Notes under the pieces: generated by a model
What the model saw: the letters and a program-made list of their open reading frames with translations, nothing else
The model's database searches: none
Told to the model about the DNA's origin: nothing
Program-made: the position numbers and the translations under genes
DNA from: Octopus vulgaris
Lineage: Eukaryota
NCBI GenBank assembly: GCA_951406725.2
Contig: OX597825.1
Span: 40,672,001 to 40,736,000 of the forward strand
Reading direction: 5' to 3'
DNA length: 64,000 nt
In this document: positions 11,357-24,669 of the stretch, piece by piece
Layout: every line of letters begins with the position of its first letter
Numbering within the stretch: the stretch's first letter is position 1

Positions 11357-12384
11357 ATACGTGCGACTTTCATGCACACGCCCTCTTTATTAATACTAAT
11401 ATGCATATATGTGTACATATACCGGTGTAGGTGTGTGAGGGAAGGGTGTATATATATATATAGATATAGATATATCTATATGAACATATATATATGTATG
11501 TATATATGTGTGTATGCGGGAGTGTTAATCTATGTCTGTATAAATATATATATATATATATATATTTTATATATATATATATATATATACGTATATCTAT
11601 ACGTATAAATTTCTAAATATATGTGTATTATATTACATGTATGCAAGTGAACACTTCTGTGTATAGGAGGATTAGGTCGTGCGTTGTGGACATATGTGTA
11701 TGTGCGAGTACGTACATAAACATATCAATATTTCTGTGTGTGTGTGTCCGTATACATGTTTGTGTGTGTATGTAAATATCGTGAACGCAGGAGGTTTATG
11801 TACATGTTTTGTGAGAATATAGTGGTGTGTATTTTTGATATTTTTATCGTTTTCTCTTTTTCTACCTGTTAGAGTATCTTCTCTTTTATTCAACAGTCTT
11901 TCATAGCGTATGTTGCCATAAAGAGCTGACGAGAATGTATCGTAGCTCTTCACTCAGACATTCGAATACTATAATGACAACCTGTTTTTGTTTGTTCTAG
12001 ATTATAACATATATATAAATATATATAAATATACACGTATATATATATATATATATAATATATATTTATTAAGGTAAATATGCTTCGCATAAATCAATGA
12101 ACGAATTTAAGCGAAAGGGCCGAATACAAGGTAAATATATTTACTACCTGATTTCCTGTATTTAGCTATTACTCACTCTGACATGCTCTGCACCCCAACG
12201 AAATAATAACAAATATAAAAAAATTCTGAAACGCTTTAGCGATAACGGAAGTAGTAGTAGCAGTAGTAGTAGTAGTAGCAGTAGTAGTAGTGCTAGTAGT
12301 GGTGGTGGTGGTGTTCTTCGTGGTCGTGATCGTGGTAGAGGTGGTAATAGTAGTAGTGGTACCAAACAATAAGTAAATGTCATT

Positions 12385-12420
<36 letters not shown>

Positions 12421-14787
12421 TACATACCACTCTATTGCTGATGAAGTTCAAAGTATGATCAAAGCATGTCTAATGTTGTCACTGTAACTTTGACAATTAC
12501 ACTCGATCCCCATTCCATTTCATTTTAAATTAATTTTAATTAAATAAAATTACACGATTGTCTTCACATTTTCTGACCAGAATTAATTATACAGGTAATT
12601 ATCGTTCTCGTGACTAAAGATGCAATTTTAATTAAAACGATTTGCTTACCACAGTCACACCTGGTATACAGTCTCCCGCATTACTATATAGTAACATATA
12701 ATTTGATACAAAATTTCATCTGATTTCATGTTGTCTACAGGAAGAATAAATTACATTGAAAAACTTGTTTGTTTCGTTGTTGAGAGATTCCGCTTCAGTC
12801 CCATTGTTTCCTGATTCAATCTTATTTCACATTTCTTTAACTAATATTTACTTTAAAAGACCTCAATGTAACATTTTCATTGATTTTCATGAAAATCTCT
12901 TTAGTTTCTTTTCATAATGAGTTCCATATTTCTTCAACCTATTTTTGCTGCTCAACAGGACATCATCGTTTTTTACCAAATACATTGGCTTGCGATTTTC
13001 TCTTTCTTGCTCAGACGTTCATGTTCACTCTACTCGTGTTTCCCACCACGTCATCGGCATCTCCTTTTCGTCTTTATCTCTTTCTTTCCTAACCTCTCTC
13101 TTAGATATCCAGAGGTATATATGGCTCTTTTCTGCGTCTTCTGCCTATTTGTATTATCGTCAACTAAGTCACCTTAAGTCCTACCAGGCGATGAAATTGT
13201 GTTGAAAACACTAAAGCCATAGAAATAACAATAATGACATTTTGCACCCCCATTGAAATTAATTTCCTACTTCTTTGTTTAGCTTCCTATGTGCGCGTGC
13301 ATATTTAATATCTATGAAACAACTCAACTTTACTCGGAAAATGTTACATGAACAACGCCAGGTAATAAAACCGTGAAAATATTTACAAAGATAGGTTTGA
13401 ACATATTTGTAACTATAAATGAAACCCTACGTTCAATACTACTACGAGGCACTCTGACATAATCAAAACTTCACTAATGTTTCGGGAGTTAGATTTGGCC
13501 ATAAAAGCTCTGCTTAATGACATTATTTGTGTGTAATTGCCTGATCACGCCTTGGCATTCGTGCAGGTTCTTTGTGTGCCTGTAAATGCGTATGTGTGTA
13601 AGTAAGGGATCGTTTGCTTATATTTTCGCCATTCTGTACCTATTATATTTCGAAAAGGTTACAAGGCGTAGGACCACAAAATTCATTGAATTTTATTGGA
13701 TTTTTGTTAATTTCGTGTTCAGTGAAAGACCGGCTAAACAAGAGTAGGAAGAGAAAGAGAAAACATGTAATGAAATATATTCGTGCTTTCAAAATGTGAT
13801 ACGAAGTAAAAGAAAACTGGAAGAGGAAATAGATATTAAACTTCTTCTTATAGAAACGTTTTCACTCTCTTAGCAATGTTTATCTCTAAACATTTTGCTC
13901 AGAAGAATAAGCAGTGCTCGTGGCCCTACTTTTATGTATATTTAACTATCTACCTATCTATCTATTATGTAGATAGCTACCTATTGTCTAACATTCTATT
14001 ATTTATTAATCTATATATCTAACTGTTTTCATCCACAGTCGAGACGAACACCAATCTTCCAATCTTCCATGAGATCGGCTTGAAAAATTGATAAGATATT
14101 AAGATATTTTTTTATTTATAACGGCAATGGTAGCATTAATACAGAAAATTAAAAAAATATTATCCTCTAATGTGGTGTTGAGCACATATTTTCATTGTTC
14201 GACATTTACACACACACACATATATATATATATAAAGATATATATATTCATATAGAGAGAGAGTTACATTTATGATTTATATATGTATGACCTATAGGTT
14301 TATATATATATATGTGTGTGTATATGTGCGTGTATGTGTATGTGTGTGCGTGTATGTGTGTGTGAGTGTCAGTGTATATACATATACAATATAATATAGT
14401 TTATAAATATATATATATACTTCCAAACACGCCAGCGTAATTTAATTCGTCCTCAGTCGAAAGACACCTCTTGTTAATGTCCTGTTATCTGTGTACCATT
14501 TCTCCGGTATTTTCCTTTCTGGTTTTCGTATACATTCGCTGCCTTCTTCCAAGGAATCTAGTGCTCTTAGCTTAGTTTTTCATTGGGTCTGGCCAGATTG
14601 GAACAATCTCGAGTATAAGCAGCCGAAATTGGAAATGACCCGTCCTTGTTTTCTATGTATCATCTGTCTAGATATTTTGCGTTCTTGTCCCATTTTTGTA
14701 TTTTTATATATAAAAATATAGCAGCGTACGTACACTTTGGTCCCTCATACACACACACACACACACACGCAAATACACACACAAACG

Positions 14788-14832
<45 letters not shown>

Positions 14833-14942
14833 AACATATGGTATAATTATAAACATGGAAAATGTTAGCCCTTTCTCCGCAGAATGAAAAATATGATGAA
14901 CAAACTTAATCGATTTTCGAACCTTATTGGATTCTCATCAGA

Positions 14943-14962
<20 letters not shown>

Positions 14963-15021
<59 letters not shown>

Positions 15022-15052
15022 TGTGTGTGTGTCTGTGTGTGTGTGTGTGTGT
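14963..15052. repeat. (TG)n microsatellite
   Basis: Directly visible. Confidence 0.95.
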
Positions 15053-16434
15053 ATGCAGAGAGAGCTAGGAAAATATAAATACGCTGTGTTTGTGTGTTTG
15101 TGTGTGTGTATTCTGAATTTGTGGCAAATTGAGTTATATACTGTATGTTATGGCTCGTCCTTCAAAATTGACCGTATATACCAACTATCAAAATAGCAAA
15201 GTGAAATAAATATTTGGTTAAATTAAGTCATAAATGAAAAATAGAACGAAATATAGAAAATCCGCGATTGAAATGCCTCGAGCGCATCACGCTTGTTTGG
15301 TGGGTGGAGAACATTCAAAACATCGGGTTTCACTAAAAGGCACTTCAACAGCCGATACGTTTATGCATAAACACTGCTGCTCTTGCATATAGCAAACCAA
15401 CTGTTTGAATATAAAATCTAAATAACCAACGATCTAATGATTCTGCCATTTTATCTCCTTTTATATAAGCATCATAATGGCACTTGGAAAAGGAGCCAGT
15501 CGCGGCGTGATTGATCGAACTACAAATGGCAGTCAGCTATTATCTATTAAAATATTAAAGAACGCTCTAGACAATGCAATTCGGATACAAAATATCTAAA
15601 TAAAACTTGGAATGGTCATAGCTCAATCGAAACTGACACGGGAATTGAACAATAACAAAAGCAAGACCACCACAATAGTCAATAAATGTTGGTTGCGATC
15701 ATATCATCATCAAAAATACTTTTCTGCCGTAGGTTTTATTGTCTTGAAACTCTACAGAATGTATTTCATGAAGATGAATAATAAACAGATATGTATATGT
15801 ACATATGTGTGTATGTGTAAATGTATGTACATGTATATATACGAATATTTCAAATTCACAAAATACAAGAAGAACGAAATAATTTATTGATATTCCATTA
15901 TCTATTCTCCTGTGAATTAAAATTGACTAGAACAGTTTTCAAATGAGTTTTTCTAACACATTATCATCGAAATAAATCTAAAAAAAAAGACACATGAAGT
16001 GAAATTCATGTTTTTTATACAAGGTTATTTATAAGTAGTTAAATTATTTCTTAATCGTTTATACTGTTGACATATCTCCATACTTCCAAATTTGGTTACG
16101 ATTCTCTGAAAATGTTATAACGTAGAAGCTTCGTATCTTTTGAGATGGTTCTCTATTTAAATGATTGTTTATTTATTTGATTTTAACGCCCTTCTCTTTG
16201 ACATTTAAGACCAACATTTATCTCCTTCCATTTTCTTCATATTTATCTTCTTTACTGTGCTCATCTGTTAATTTAACTTAGAAACAACAATTTTAAAAGA
16301 CTAAGAAAGAACACTGCTAGTTATTTACCACACACACTAGAATTGCAAATGTAATAAAAGATTTATTTTTTACCTTTGCAAATGTATTTAACACTCCGTA
16401 ACATTTTTATAGATTATTTTGCCCGAAAAAGTAG

Positions 16435-16615
<181 letters not shown>

Positions 16616-16650
16616 TGATTGTATGTATGTATGTACGCATGCATACATGT

Positions 16651-17022
16651 AGGCGTAGGAGGCGTAGTTGTGCCGTAAGAAGCTTGCATCGCAACCACAT
16701 GGTCTCCGCTTCAGCCGCATTGCATAGCATCTTGGGCAGGTACCTTCTGCTATAACCTTGGATCGAGCCTTGACCCAGTCAAGACTTGTCACTAGATTTC
16801 GTAGGTTTACTCTCAATGTATTCTGTCATATATATTTATGTATGTATGCGTCTATATGTTGGCGAGTGTACGTTCTCCGTCACATAACGGTTCGGCAAAA
16901 GACACAGATATAATGAATACCAGGTTTTAAAATAAGCACTGAGGTCGACTCATTCGACTAAAGATTCTTCAAGGTGGTGCTCCAGAATGGCCGCAATCTA
17001 ATGACTCATACAAATAAAAGAT
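16651..17022 (+). mobile_element. tRNA-derived SINE, family A (diverged)
   Basis: Similar to 10945-11356 and 53726-54128. Confidence 0.78.
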
Positions 17023-17044
17023 AATATATATAATATTTCTTCAT

Positions 17045-17116
<72 letters not shown>

Positions 17117-17242
17117 TATATTGACGGTACTACTATTCGTAGATACCAACACGCTAAGAGGGACCAATGCGGTCAAAACTACTAAAAATAAAATTTTACC
17201 GAATGCAAAACTTCAAAACACATCATTTTTAAAAAGAATTCA

Positions 17243-17306
17243 GTTACATATCACATGTGATTTCGCATACAATGCAGAATAAGCATTACCTGTACGTCAG
17301 TTCAAC
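17243..17306 (-). ncRNA. Degenerate type I hammerhead ribozyme (unit 1, core CUGACGU)
   Basis: Same fold as 18360-18423 with substitutions in the core and stem I. Confidence 0.4.
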
Positions 17307-17735
17307 AAACTCAAGAAATATAAGAAAAAACATAACATTACAAACTCGATAGCCAACCGTAGAATTCGTCGTAGTATGTACGAATGTTTATCCTTACATA
17401 TCTATGAAAATGGCGGGCTTTTTCGCAATGCATTTCGGTAACAAATTGCCTAGTCGGAATAAAAATTCAGTATTGAACTATTCCGGTGAAAAATATAAAT
17501 TAACAATTGAGGATAAAATCTTTAAAAGAAATTATCAGTAGTCAGCGTGAAAAACCTCGTAAGAGAAAAAATCCGTAAATTCTTCCTCTTTGAAAATATT
17601 CATTTATATTATATTGAGGGTACTACTATTCGTAGATACCAACACGCTGAGAGGGACCAATGCGGTCAAAACTACTAAAAATAAAATTTTACCGAATGCA
17701 AAACTTCAAAACACATCATTTTAAAAAATAATTCA

Positions 17736-17799
17736 GTTACATATCACATGTGATTTCGCATTTAATGCAGAATATGCATTTCATGTTCGTCAGTGCAAC
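17736..17799 (-). ncRNA. Type I hammerhead ribozyme-like motif (unit 2)
   Basis: Reverse complement: GUUGCA CUGACGA [stem II] GAAA UCACAUGUGA UA UGUAAC. Confidence 0.65.
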
Positions 17800-18359
17800 A
17801 AACTCAAGAAATATAAGAAAAAACATAACATTACAAACTCGATAGCCAACCGTAGAATTCGTCGTAGTATGTACGAATGTTTATCCTTACATATCTATGA
17901 AAATGGCGGACTTTTTCGCAATGCATTTCGGTAACAAATTGCCTAGTCGGAATAAAAATTCAGTATTTAACTATTCCGGTGAAAAATATAAATTAACAAT
18001 TGAGGATAAAATCTTTAAAAGAAATTATCAGTAGTCAGCGTGAAAAACCTCGTAAGAGAAAAAATCCGTAAATTCTTCCTCTTTGAAAATATTCATTTAT
18101 ATTATATTGAGGGTACTACTATTCGTAGATACCAACACGCTAAGAGGGACCAATGCGGTCAAAACTACTAAAAATAAAACCGGAATAGTTCAATACTGAA
18201 TTTTTATTCCGACTAGGCAATTTGATACCGAAATGCATTGCGAAAAAGCCCGCCATTTTCATAGATATGTAAGGATAAACATTCGTACATACTACGACGA
18301 ATTCTACGGTTGGCTATCGAGTTTGTAATGTTATGTTTTTTCTTATATTTCTTGAGTTT

Positions 18360-18423
18360 GTTGCACTGACGAACATGAAATGCATATTCTGCATTAAATG
18401 CGAAATCACATGTGATATGTAAC
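18360..18423 (+). ncRNA. Type I hammerhead ribozyme-like motif (inverted unit)
   Basis: Stem I GUUGCA/UGUAAC; core CUGACGA at 18366-18372; stem II containing AAUGCA-uauuc-UGCAUU; GAAA at 18402-18405; palindromic stem III AUCACAUGUGAU; NUH=AUA with predicted cut after 18417. Stem II closes with A-C rather than canonical G-C. Confidence 0.65.
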
Positions 18424-18655
18424 TGAATTCTTTTTTAAAATGATGTGTTTTGAAGTTTTGCATTCGGTAAAATTTTATTTTTAGTAGTTTTGACCGCAAT
18501 GGTCCCTCTTAGTGTGTTGGTATCTACGAATAGTAGTACCCTCAATATAATATAAATGAATATTTTCAAAGAGGAAGAATTTACGGATTTTTTCTCTTAC
18601 GAGGTTTTTCACGCTGACTACTGATAATTTCTTTTAAAGATTTTATCCTCAATTG

Positions 18656-18738
<83 letters not shown>

Positions 18739-19090
18739 ACATATATATTTAATACATTTACGCTGTATTGTGAATTCGTTACTTTTTGCATCTGATTTTT
18801 TTATAATTTGATATATAAAAATGAGGTCGTGTCCTTTAATTTGCTGCTTTTTCTATACACAGAGCGGGAAGTTATCGTGAGAAACATTCGTTATTTTAGC
18901 GAGATACAACTTGTAATCACACGAAGAGACACACCATTGGATACTCCTAAACCATTTGTTAAGTATTCCACGTGTGAGAGATCGGGGCTAGATAGGTTGA
19001 AACAATTCTCGTGATTATTAAGCACTTTTGTATTTTCATCTTCCGTCTCTCTCGTTAATCAATACACACACACACACACAGACACACACG

Positions 19091-19154
<64 letters not shown>

Positions 19155-19211
19155 TACTTGGAGAACAGAAAGGAAACGAAACGAAACGACTCAAGGGCGC
19201 TCAGTCATGCA

Positions 19212-19533
19212 ATAATTTAATAAATAAAATATATGCATATATACATACATATATGTACGTACCTACATCTACATGTATATATACATGCATATATAAATAT
19301 ATATGAAGGGGAATTTTCCTTGTGTTGTTTGTCTTGTACTCTGTTTTTTCGTTGTTAAAAAAAAGGTCCGTTTCCATGTTTGTTTTTACGTTTTCGTTTC
19401 TCGTTGAGTTCTACATCTACTTGTGGTGTCCTGTACTCACGTATATATATTTATATATGCATGTATATATACATTAGATGTAGGTACGTACATATATGTA
19501 TGTATGTATGCATATATTTTATTTATTAAATTA
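19212..19533. repeat. ~90-bp inverted repeat enclosing a fragment of a dispersed, probably Penelope-LTR-type repeat
   Basis: 19212-19302 is the reverse complement of 19442-19533. Arm plus spacer match 24670-24872 in the opposite orientation. Confidence 0.8.
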
Positions 19534-19605
19534 TATATATATTTATATGTATACAGGGGATGGACAAAATAATGGAAACTCCTTAAAATTTCGAACAAAT
19601 AAATA

Positions 19606-20630
19606 TTAATATTGGGTAGGACCACCTATGGCAGTAATTACAACTTGAATTCTACGAGTTATGGACTCGTACAACGTTTGAATTGTTTCCAAAGAAATGT
19701 TTGTGCATTCTTCAGCTAAATCAATCTACAGTTCATGTAGTGATGATGGTGGAGGATATCGACTCCTTACTTGTTTGTCTAAAATGCACCACAAATATTC
19801 AATAATATTGACGTCTGGGGACTGTGGTGGCCAGATAAGATGTTCAACTTCATTAGAATGTTCTTCGTACCATTCAGTAATAACGTCAGCTGTGTGAATT
19901 GGTGCATTATCATCCTAAAAGATTTAGTTTCCCTCCGGAAGCAATTCTGCAACCATAGGATGAATTATATCAGATAAAATACTTAAATAGTCTTGACTAT
20001 TAATGAAGAGAAACCATTGGGCGGGCGAATTTTCAACACATAGCACCCCAGCAGATCATCACCTATCCCCTTCCATGTTTAACAGTTAGAAGAAGGCTGT
20101 TAGGGTCAAATTCTACTTTTGCTGTCTCCACAACTATACTTGGCCGCTGGTCGGAAATAAGGTAAAGGATGACTCGTTCGGGAAAGTAACATTCTTCCAC
20201 TGATCTAGGGACCAATTCTGTTGGTTTGTACTCCATTCAAAACGCTTTGCAACATTTGTTTTTGAAAGTAGAGGTTTTCTGATTGCAGCCCTCCCGGAAA
20301 ATACAGCTTTGTGCAACGCCCTTTTTGTGGAAACTGGGTTCTCGAGTTGCGCATTAAGCTCTGCTGTAATTTTGGAAGTTGTACTTCTGTGTTCCTTTCT
20401 AACAATTCGCGTAAGTGTCCGACGCTCCCTATCTGAAAGTTTTGGTTTTTTTCCGGAGTTTTGTTTCGACGAAGAGGTTTTTCTCTCTTTCTCAAAGGCT
20501 GTCATTACTTTGGAGACAGTACTTTTTGATACACTAAACACTTAAACGCTTCGGCTGTTTTTATTCCGCTAGCGCTTGCCATACAAACACCAGCAATTTG
20601 TCCTCTTTGAAAATCCGATAAATCTGTCAT
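19606..20630 (-). pseudogene. Tc1-like DDE transposase pseudogene
   Basis: MTDLSDFQRGQI, VSKSTVSKV, GKKPKLSDRE, RKPLL, WKNVTFPNES, TVKHG, DDNAPIHTA and WPPQSPDVNIIE, with stops and frameshifts. Confidence 0.9.
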
Positions 20631-20760
20631 TTTAATGAATTTTAATAACTTTTTTCTGATGATATCTGAAAAGAAATAGCAATTTTAGCAAAAATATTAA
20701 GCAACACTAATAATAAATAAAAAAACAAAAATAAACAAGCTTTTGACGGTTTTATAGATA

Positions 20761-21566
20761 AACTTAGATATGTTTCGACCAAAGATTGGTCCAGGCCATG
20801 TCTAACTTAATAGCACCACCTGATAGGATTATTTGAATCCTGTTTAAGTCAAGTTTTGCTTATGGTCCATTCAAGTTGTGAGTTTTTGTTGGGTGAGTTG
20901 TAACCAATTATGGGTGTCTTATCTGGTATTCCTTGAAGGAATCTATCCAGACTCCGTTTAAAGCTGATGGGATCCTTTTCCTCTTTGATCTCTTTCGGGA
21001 CAATGTTAAATAGGTCAGGGCATGTTGAGGAAAAGAAATTATGTTGCAGTGTACATGTAAGCTGTGATCTTGAATTGGACAGGGGACGTATGGCCCGTGG
21101 TCCCAGTCTTGCATAAACTTTGAAGCTAATGTTCAGGTCGTTTGGGCAAAGTTAGCGGTATATTGTCCACATCGTACAAATGATGTACCGCTCACGGCGA
21201 CGCTGGAGAGAGTAGAGTTTCAAGGCTTTAATGCGATCCCAATAATCGAGTGCAGCCATGCCTTCAATTCGCTTAGTGAGTGCCCTCTGGGGTGATTCAA
21301 TCCTCGAGATGTTTTGTCTTGTATGAGGAGACCACACTGGGCAGCAGTATTCGAGGTGTGGCCGTACAAATGAGGAGAAAAGTGGTATGATGACACCTTG
21401 TTCTCTGGACCGGAAAGTTCTTAAGATCCAGGAACTCATCCTACGAGCTATATCGACCTTATTGTTGATGTGTGCACTCCAATTGAGATCGTCATCAACA
21501 ATTACCCCCAGGTCTCTGATATTGTTAGATGCTGTGAGCGGTTCCCCTGAAGGAAGAGAGTATGGC
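20761..21566 (-). mobile_element. 5'-truncated CR1/L2-group LINE 3' end, related to 54262-56978
   Basis: ORF 21152-21439 (VRPHLEYCCPVWSP..LYSLQRRRERYII). The 3' terminus GGTGGTGCTATTAAGTTAGACATGGCCTGG..CGAAAC is shared with 56908-56955. Possible TAGATA target duplication at 20755 and 21567. Confidence 0.9.
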
Positions 21567-21614
21567 TAGATATTTCAATATTATGATGCTATCATGCTAT
21601 TTTGTGCCACCCCT

Positions 21615-21671
<57 letters not shown>

Positions 21672-22857
21672 CATGTATATGTACGTATATAAATATATAT
21701 ACAATATATATATGTTTGCATGTATGTATTATGTATGTATATACGTACAAAATTATGTTTCTTTACCAAAAGGATGAATAATTATTGATGCATCTCGTAT
21801 ATTCATACATGGATATTCTGATCACAATTAGTTTAACTAATAACTTCCTCACTTATGAATTTATCAATTTCTGTTTTAATCTTTTCAGCACTATTCGCCT
21901 CTTCGACCTATTCTCAAATTATATCCTAACCACTAAGAAAGCGACATAGGAATGGAGAAGTTCTGAATTAATTTCAACTTGAATTTTAACGACAGTTAGT
22001 GCAGGTTGTGCCAATAATAAAAGCATTGTGTAAAACAAAAGGAAGGATACATTTCATAATGAAAGAAAATATTTTTCTACATGATAGTGAAATTTAGCTA
22101 TTCACCTTAGATCATTTGAGAATACTGTTTTTAATTGCAAAAATACTGAATGGCCATCCTTTCAGTATTGAAGTGAATTGAATGATTTGATATTGTGCGC
22201 ATGAATCTCTGATTTGTGTATAGATTACTTCATCTGAATCACGTTAGATCTGGTGAAATCAGGCAGTTCATCATTGATTCTATTCTTATACGTGAGAACG
22301 AGTTCAAGTTTGATTATCTGATTATTTATTCATTCCACAACCAAATGTCTTGAACTCATTGAGCAGTCGCTTAGACAACAATCTAACAGCGCAGGCATGG
22401 ATAAACAAAAATCTCGCTCGTTATATGTAAAATTTGGAGATAAAAAATATGCGGTATCTTGTGTGATATGCTATTCCTGTTTTTGGAAGAAACAATATAT
22501 CGCCTGGTTAACATCATAACATGTCCCTAGTTTCGTTCCAGTCTCGAGGTTATTATAAGGATTTAAGCTACCCTTTTGTTCCGTGAATAATTCCTCCATC
22601 TTCACACTAGAGAAGAAATCTGCAACAGAAGAATGGAAATAAATTCAAACAAAACAATATATAAAGCAATTGAAAATATAAAAGTAACAACAGAAAATAT
22701 CTAGAGTAGAAGTGGAAAATGAAATTATTTCATTAAAGCAAAAACACATTTAGTGATAAAATTTAAAGATAACGTGCCACTTGTCATACATTTCTCTAAA
22801 GAAAAGAAATAATGATAAACACTTATTTGTAGAATGTGTTTATTCAGTGATTATACC

Positions 22858-23075
22858 AATCGGGGGCCTCCTTCGGTCACGAATGACTATGGGATTGCAC
22901 TTAGAAAGTTACCCTCCCAGGCACAAGTCCGGGCAAGGTTGTTTTTTATGGAAGACCAGCATACCGGCCTCCCCTCTCCACGCCGCCGATGTCATCCAAG
23001 GGAAAGGCGAAGGCCGATACAGCTTGGCACCAGTGACGTCGCAACTCATTTCTACAGCTGAGTAAACTGAGCCAT
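22858..23075 (-). mobile_element. SINE 3' part, same family as 46450-46778
   Basis: Reverse complement shares GACGTCACTGGTGCCAAGCTGTATCGGCCTT..GTGGAGAGGG with 46600-46660. Confidence 0.75.
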
Positions 23076-23404
23076 GTCATATCAGATAGTCAGCAAATTT
23101 AATTCGAAAGAAATATCTATATAGGCTTCCTTTTGTAAGTTGAACGTAATGTAATTTTGTACTAGCATTTGCAGACACACATTGACAAATTAGTACTACT
23201 TAAAGTATGTTTATCAGCAGCAAGCAATTTGTGACTTATATATTGCAGATAAGATCCTATCAGTAATAGAGACAGCAAAAATCAAATTCATGAACTCGAA
23301 ACAACGAAAATATACACGCAAAATATGTATCGGAGGAAAAGCGACAGAGTGAATGTTAACTGTACTGTTTGGAAACATACTGGAAAGCTAAGTGGCTGTT
23401 GTCT

Positions 23405-23876
23405 TCTTCTTCTTCTTCTTCTTGTTCCAATCAGGATTCACGCCATTAGCCACAAAGAATAATCTCTAATTCGAGCCTACTCTAAGCTACTAAGAATGCG
23501 TGTGGCAACTTGAAGATCCACCCACCACACGCGATAGACCGGCGATTGCACTGGCGCGGAAGCTACGTTGTTATCCTCATTCCGTAAACGGTGGCTTTTA
23601 ACGGGTGGAGAGCTGAACCATCCTAGGGTACAGAGGTTTTACCACACCATAGTGGGTTACACCATGGTTCTCTGCTTTGTGGCAGAAGTAGGAAGAAAGA
23701 GTGAGAGAAAGTTGTGATAAATAGTAAAGCGAGGTTCACCCACCCCCCTACCAGAACATCGTGGAGCCTAGGTGTTTTTGCTCAATAAACACTCACGATG
23801 CCGTGTCTTGGAATAGAAATCGCGTTCTTACGACCGTGAGTCCGCTGCTCTAACCACTGGGCCATTGCGCCTCCAC
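23405..23876 (-). mobile_element. tRNA-derived SINE with GGAGGCGCAATGGCCCAGTGGTTAG head and (GAA)n tail
   Basis: tRNA-like head with A box and degenerate B box; head and body shared with 31453-31748. Confidence 0.75.
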
Positions 23877-23924
23877 TAGTGGCTGTTGTAGGCTATGCTG
23901 GTCATAGGGATCATTGCAATTTTA

Positions 23925-24410
23925 TTCTTGTATTGATTTTCTTGATTCAGTCATTAGACTGCAGTCATATAACGCCTTGGAGGATTGTAGTCGGGCAAAT
24001 CAACCCCAGCACTTATTCTATCTGTTCCATTTTGCCGAATCGATATGTTATAGGAGTGGAAAAAAACCATTACCGGTGTCAAGCGGTAGTAGGGGACAAA
24101 CGCAAATATACACAGAGACAGATATCTATGTGTGTGTGTATGTATGTATATATATATTTGTATATATGTATATGTACGCGTATATATATATATATAAATA
24201 CAAGCGTGTATACGAGTGTGTGTGAGCATGCGTGTGTGTATGCGTACGACATGCTGCTTTCGATTTCAGTCTACGAATTCCATTCATAAATCTTTGGTCG
24301 GCCCAATTCTATAGTACATACCTCCTTCCCATGATTTCCTGCTGTTGTACTGAACCCGGAAGCATGTGATTTAAAAGCAAACTTTTTGCCACGGAACTAC
24401 AGTTGCACTT
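23925..24410 (-). mobile_element. tRNA-derived SINE, family A (old copy)
   Basis: Degenerate match to 10945-11356. Confidence 0.65.
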
Positions 24411-24583
24411 ATGCAACGTATACATCTTCTCTATTCCATTATAAGTACGGGGTGGCGTTATTTCAAGGCAAAAATGTGCAAAATGCGCATTGTGATCAGA
24501 GATGTGTAACAACATCTGATAGCCTAGTCGGTCACGTGAGTGATATATATATATATATATATATATATGGATATATATGGATA

Positions 24584-24630
<47 letters not shown>

Positions 24631-24638
24631 CAGGGTGA

Positions 24639-24669
<31 letters not shown>

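Larger units (their letters stand above)
17108..18660. repeat. 493-bp unit repeat: about 2.15 direct copies followed by one inverted copy, bracketed by (TA)n
   Basis: The marker atattga[c/g]gg occurs at 17118, 17611 and 18104 (period 493). 18179-18660 is the reverse complement of about 17498-17980. Confidence 0.95.
19554..21615 (-). mobile_element. Tc1/mariner DNA transposon, defective and interrupted by a LINE fragment
   Basis: TIR TA|CAGGGGATGGACAAAATAATGG at 19554 and degenerate complement TTTTGTGCCACCCCTG ending at 21615; transposase pseudogene inside. Confidence 0.88.

Noticed and set aside
17108-18660. CRISPR array, or a coding repeat (ORF 18314-18499)
   Set aside because: Units are 493 bp and contiguous with no unique spacers and no cas genes; the short ORF has no recognisable motif.
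23800-23876. Genuine tRNA genes at SINE heads (also 31675-31748, 44855-44925, 46450-46520)
   Set aside because: The cloverleafs are imperfect and run on into repeat bodies, consistent with SINE heads.
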